Position numbers and translations under genes: made by a program. A stretch of DNA of 61,908 nt, filler included, from Candidatus Delongbacteria bacterium (lineage in GTDB: Bacteria > UBA4055), in the NCBI GenBank assembly GCA_016937995.1. It is 6 parts of 6 records of this genome, joined end to end, with 100 filler letters (N's around TTAATTAATTAA, not from the genome) between each part and the next. Parts side by side here need not be neighbours in the genome. Positions count along the whole stretch, not along the records: positions 46,548 to 61,908 come from JAFGVM010000064.1; 5 more parts are not named here. One strand, 5' to 3'. Positions 58,967 to 61,908 of this stretch are shown piece by piece. Position 1 is the stretch's first letter. Every line of letters begins with the position of its first letter. The notes under the pieces were generated by a model. The model saw only the letters and a list, made by a program, of their open reading frames with translations. It had not been told where the DNA came from and ran no database searches.

Positions 58967-60901
58967 TCACTTTATCGCACCCCGGTGCTTTAATATATAC
59001 TTCGATCTGTCTTTAGGGCTGACACCTCTGTAAGGAATGGTCTTTCCTAGCTCGAGCGGGACTTCCTGATAACCGTGGAAGTGAGTAATATACTTTCCTT
59101 TGCCGCCTGTGATTGAATTAAGTGTATTGAGATAATCCAAGGATGTTGCGACTGGGATCTTTCCATCTATGACAATTTTCCCATCAACATTCTCAGGCGT
59201 ACCAATCTCAGCTCTGATAGCTATAAGACTGCTGATGATCTTGCCGGAAGATTCTTCAGGAGCTGATATTTTAAACGACAGCACTGGTTCGAGCAATTTG
59301 CAGCCTGTATTAATTAGTCCGTTCATCATCGCAAGTTTCGTAGCAAGAATAAAATCTCCGGGACGGGAATGAATTACATGATCTTCTTCACCGATCAGAG
59401 TTATTTTCAGATCAGTGACCTGCCAGCCGTAGATACCCTGTTGAAGTGCTTCATCTATTGTAGCCTCTATCTCATTCTGATACTTTGCGGCTATTTTATC
59501 AACTCCTACTTTTGATTCATAGACAACTCCGCTTCCCCGTTCTAAAGGCTCAATTTCAAATCTGACAACAGCCCAGCACGGTTTAGGCATTGTATACTCA
59601 TCGTAGCCTTCGCCTTTTTGCGTCGGAGTTTCTTTATAAATGACGATCGGATCTCCGAAGCTAACACTCAAATTAAATCTCTGCCTGAATACTGTCTCAA
59701 GTATCTCAAGCTGGATCTTTCCCATGATCTTAATATGAAGTTGTCTCTCATCCTTAAGCCAAACATAGTTGAGTGCCGGATCTTCCTCCGAAAGCTCTTT
59801 CACTGCAGTAACAAGTGCTGAAAGATCAGAGTCTTTTTCCGGTTCAAGTTTTACGGTAAGCAAAGGATCGCTGAGACCTGTATGTTTACATAGTTCAATT
59901 CTCTTCAAGAGTTCCGGATCAGAACCGATCATATCACCCGCAATGACATTTTCAAGACCGCAGATCATAGCAGTATCACCTGACTGTAGGATATCTAAAG
60001 TCTCAAGCTTGCCTGAATAGGATTTTTTTATCTGAGTAACTTTATTTTCTTTTCCCTGTGAACCATAAGTAACAAGATCTCTGTTCCTGATCGAGCCACT
60101 GAAAAGCCTTACACTTGCCATTTTACCAAATTGAGCGTCATATTCAAGCTTGTAAACTATACCAGAAAGTTCATTGCTTTTCGCGGATGCTTCCGGCATT
60201 ATAGTCGTGATATCATCGAGTAATTCTTTAATACCTTCGTTAAGCTTTGCTGAGCCTGACAGAACAGGAAATAAAATCCTGCTGTGAATACTTTTTTTTA
60301 AGGCTGTATTTAGCTCAGAGAAAGAAATATTCTCTTCATTTAAGTATTTCTCTATCAGAATATCATCAGCTGAAGAAATTTGTTCAGTAATTTCATCGGA
60401 GATATCGTCAGTCTCTGAAAAATCCTGCAAAACAATAATATTCTGAGATAATTCTTTCTTTATTTCTTCTGTGACTGCATCAATATCAGCACCGGCACGA
60501 TCGGTTTTATTTATAAAAATTAAAACAGGTATATTAAGCTTTACCAATGCAGACCAGAGATTTTCAGTATGTGCCTGAACACCTTCTACTGCTGAAATAA
60601 CTAATACAGCGCAATCTAAGGCTAATAATGATCGATCAACTTCTGATGAAAAATCGATGTGCCCCGGAGTATCAATTATATTTATCGTTGTATTATTCCA
60701 TTCCAGAGAAACTGAAGCTGAACGGACTGAGATACCACGCTCTTTCTCAACTTCCATTGAATCTGTTACGGAAGTACCTTTATCAACTGAACCTGCCGTT
60801 TTTATCCTGCCTGAAAGTTCAAGCATCCTTTCTGTAATAGTGGTTTTCCCTGCATCAACATGCGCAAGGATACCTATGTTAATGAATTTGTTTTTTTTCA
60901 T
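58967..60901 (-). CDS. TetM/TetW/TetO-like ribosomal protection family GTPase
   Basis: NIGILAHVDAGKTT, ERGIS, DTPGH and NKTD motifs; 644 aa with EF-G-like domains. Confidence 0.85.
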   Translation of the reverse strand: MKKNKFINIGILAHVDAGKTTITERMLELSGRIKTAGSVDKGTSVTDSMEVEKERGISVRSASVSLEWNNTTINIIDTPGHIDFSSEVDRSLLALDCAVLVISAVEGVQAHTENLWSALVKLNIPVLIFINKTDRAGADIDAVTEEIKKELSQNIIVLQDFSETDDISDEITEQISSADDILIEKYLNEENISFSELNTALKKSIHSRILFPVLSGSAKLNEGIKELLDDITTIMPEASAKSNELSGIVYKLEYDAQFGKMASVRLFSGSIRNRDLVTYGSQGKENKVTQIKKSYSGKLETLDILQSGDTAMICGLENVIAGDMIGSDPELLKRIELCKHTGLSDPLLTVKLEPEKDSDLSALVTAVKELSEEDPALNYVWLKDERQLHIKIMGKIQLEILETVFRQRFNLSVSFGDPIVIYKETPTQKGEGYDEYTMPKPCWAVVRFEIEPLERGSGVVYESKVGVDKIAAKYQNEIEATIDEALQQGIYGWQVTDLKITLIGEEDHVIHSRPGDFILATKLAMMNGLINTGCKLLEPVLSFKISAPEESSGKIISSLIAIRAEIGTPENVDGKIVIDGKIPVATSLDYLNTLNSITGGKGKYITHFHGYQEVPLELGKTIPYRGVSPKDRSKYILKHRGAIK

Positions 60902-60906
60902 AAATC

Positions 60907-61389
60907 TTATTTAAAACTATAAGTAAAACCCAAGCCGTATCTTTTCTTTTCAAAGTCAGTTACTATACCATAACTGATATTTTTATTCTTATCTCTAGGT
61001 TTATCTAGTCCACCTGCAGAAATCCCTGCGTGTATCACATCTGCTACCCAGGCGGTCAAAGAGAAAATAATCAATCCTCTTCCATAATCATACTTTGTTC
61101 TGTCAACAACTTCACCTGTACCCATAGGAAAACCTTGAAGCATCAAAGAAATTCCGGGGATTATCATTAATCTGGCAGCTACATATGACCAGCCAGCTTT
61201 ATTATTATCAAGATAAAAATGTCCGGCACCAGGTAAAAATGCAGAATAAATGATCGCTTTTGATCTTATTTTCTCTGACTTTGGTGTTTTCATATAGCGA
61301 AAATTTGATTTTGTTTTTGTAGAGTCAGGTTCTGATGCCAGTAAAAATAAAAATGGAATTAAAAATAGAATTACTGCTATTTTTTTCAA
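60907..61389 (-). CDS. Exported or membrane hypothetical protein
   Basis: Signal peptide, SAFLPGAGHFY motif; TTG start after AAGGAG. Confidence 0.7.
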   Translation of the reverse strand: MKKIAVILFLIPFLFLLASEPDSTKTKSNFRYMKTPKSEKIRSKAIIYSAFLPGAGHFYLDNNKAGWSYVAARLMIIPGISLMLQGFPMGTGEVVDRTKYDYGRGLIIFSLTAWVADVIHAGISAGGLDKPRDKNKNISYGIVTDFEKKRYGLGFTYSFK

Positions 61390-61453
61390 ATTGTACTCCT
61401 TCAATGAAACTAATAATAGCTCAAAGTAATAGAACTTGCTGGAGAATGCAAAT

Positions 61454-61479
61454 AAAAAAGCCTCTTAAAAGAGGCTTTT
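61454..61479 (-). terminator. Rho-independent terminator (possibly bidirectional)
   Basis: AAAAGCCTCTT/AAGAGGCTTTT stem. Confidence 0.75.
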
Positions 61480-61505
61480 ATCACGTCATAACTATCCAAA
61501 ATTGT

Positions 61506-61908
61506 TTACTTCACAATTATCGTTACACTTGCGACTTCATAACCGTCTGAGTCAGTGTTATGCATCCTGATATCATAAGTTCCGCTTTGCTTAGGAGCTT
61601 TCAGGACCATTGAACCACCTCCATTGTATCTCTTATACTGAAGATGCTTGTAAGCCAGATCATTTTCATCATTGACCTTTTCAGATCCGTGCGGGCAATC
61701 ACCCGGAACGATACCGATCCACGCACTTGATGCGAACGCGGGATGTACTTTGAAATCAATTTTTATATCTTCATTAGGGAAATAACTTTTCTTGTCAGTG
61801 GATAATGAGATCAGGTCTGATTTTACCGAAACCGTAAAAGGTACATATGCCATTTCTTTACCATTGCTGTCATTATCATTGAGTCTTATATCATAATTTC
61901 CTAGTTTC
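61506..61908 (-). CDS. Hypothetical protein with tandem Ig-like repeats, 5'-partial
   Basis: Frame is open to the window end; GNYDIRLNDNDSNGKEMA resembles GTYDIRMHNTDSDGYEVA. Confidence 0.7.
   Translation of the reverse strand, partial: KLGNYDIRLNDNDSNGKEMAYVPFTVSVKSDLISLSTDKKSYFPNEDIKIDFKVHPAFASSAWIGIVPGDCPHGSEKVNDENDLAYKHLQYKRYNGGGSMVLKAPKQSGTYDIRMHNTDSDGYEVASVTIIVK

Larger units (their letters stand above)
57462..58996. mobile_element. 1.5-kb islet bounded by 31-bp direct repeats of the 3' end of the TetM-like gene
   Basis: 57462-57492 vs 58966-58996, 28/31 identical. Confidence 0.7.

Overview
AT-rich bacterial sequence made of six contigs (1-4812, 4913-16199, 16300-27599, 27700-32217, 32318-46447, 46548-61908) joined by artificial 100-nt N-TTAATTAATTAA-N linkers, so adjacency across linkers means nothing. 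The gene content (LPS heptose epimerase, an 'NYPNPFNP' C-terminal sorting domain, a HydBC-type flavoenzyme) suggests an anaerobic diderm of the FCB group; this is inference. Highlights: (1) Contig 32318-46447 is an array of large multigene modules (about 4 kb and 10 kb) separated by three related 72-84 bp attC-like palindromes (CCCAYAAC...GTTGTGGG). Each module also has its own matched 46-49 bp terminal inverted repeats and no integrase is present, making this a candidate undescribed cassette or inversion system. (2) The selA contig hides two candidate selenoproteins missed or split by the ORF track: a SelW/Rdx protein (CGDU) and a secreted 515-aa thioredoxin-fold protein (CYSU), each followed by a SECIS-like hairpin. 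(3) A 1.5-kb ATPase islet sits at the duplicated 3' end of a TetM-like gene. (4) A hydrogenase-less HydBC/NfnB-type oxidoreductase operon. (5) Two paralogous unannotated 45-50 aa peptides. (6) Several interrupted genes.
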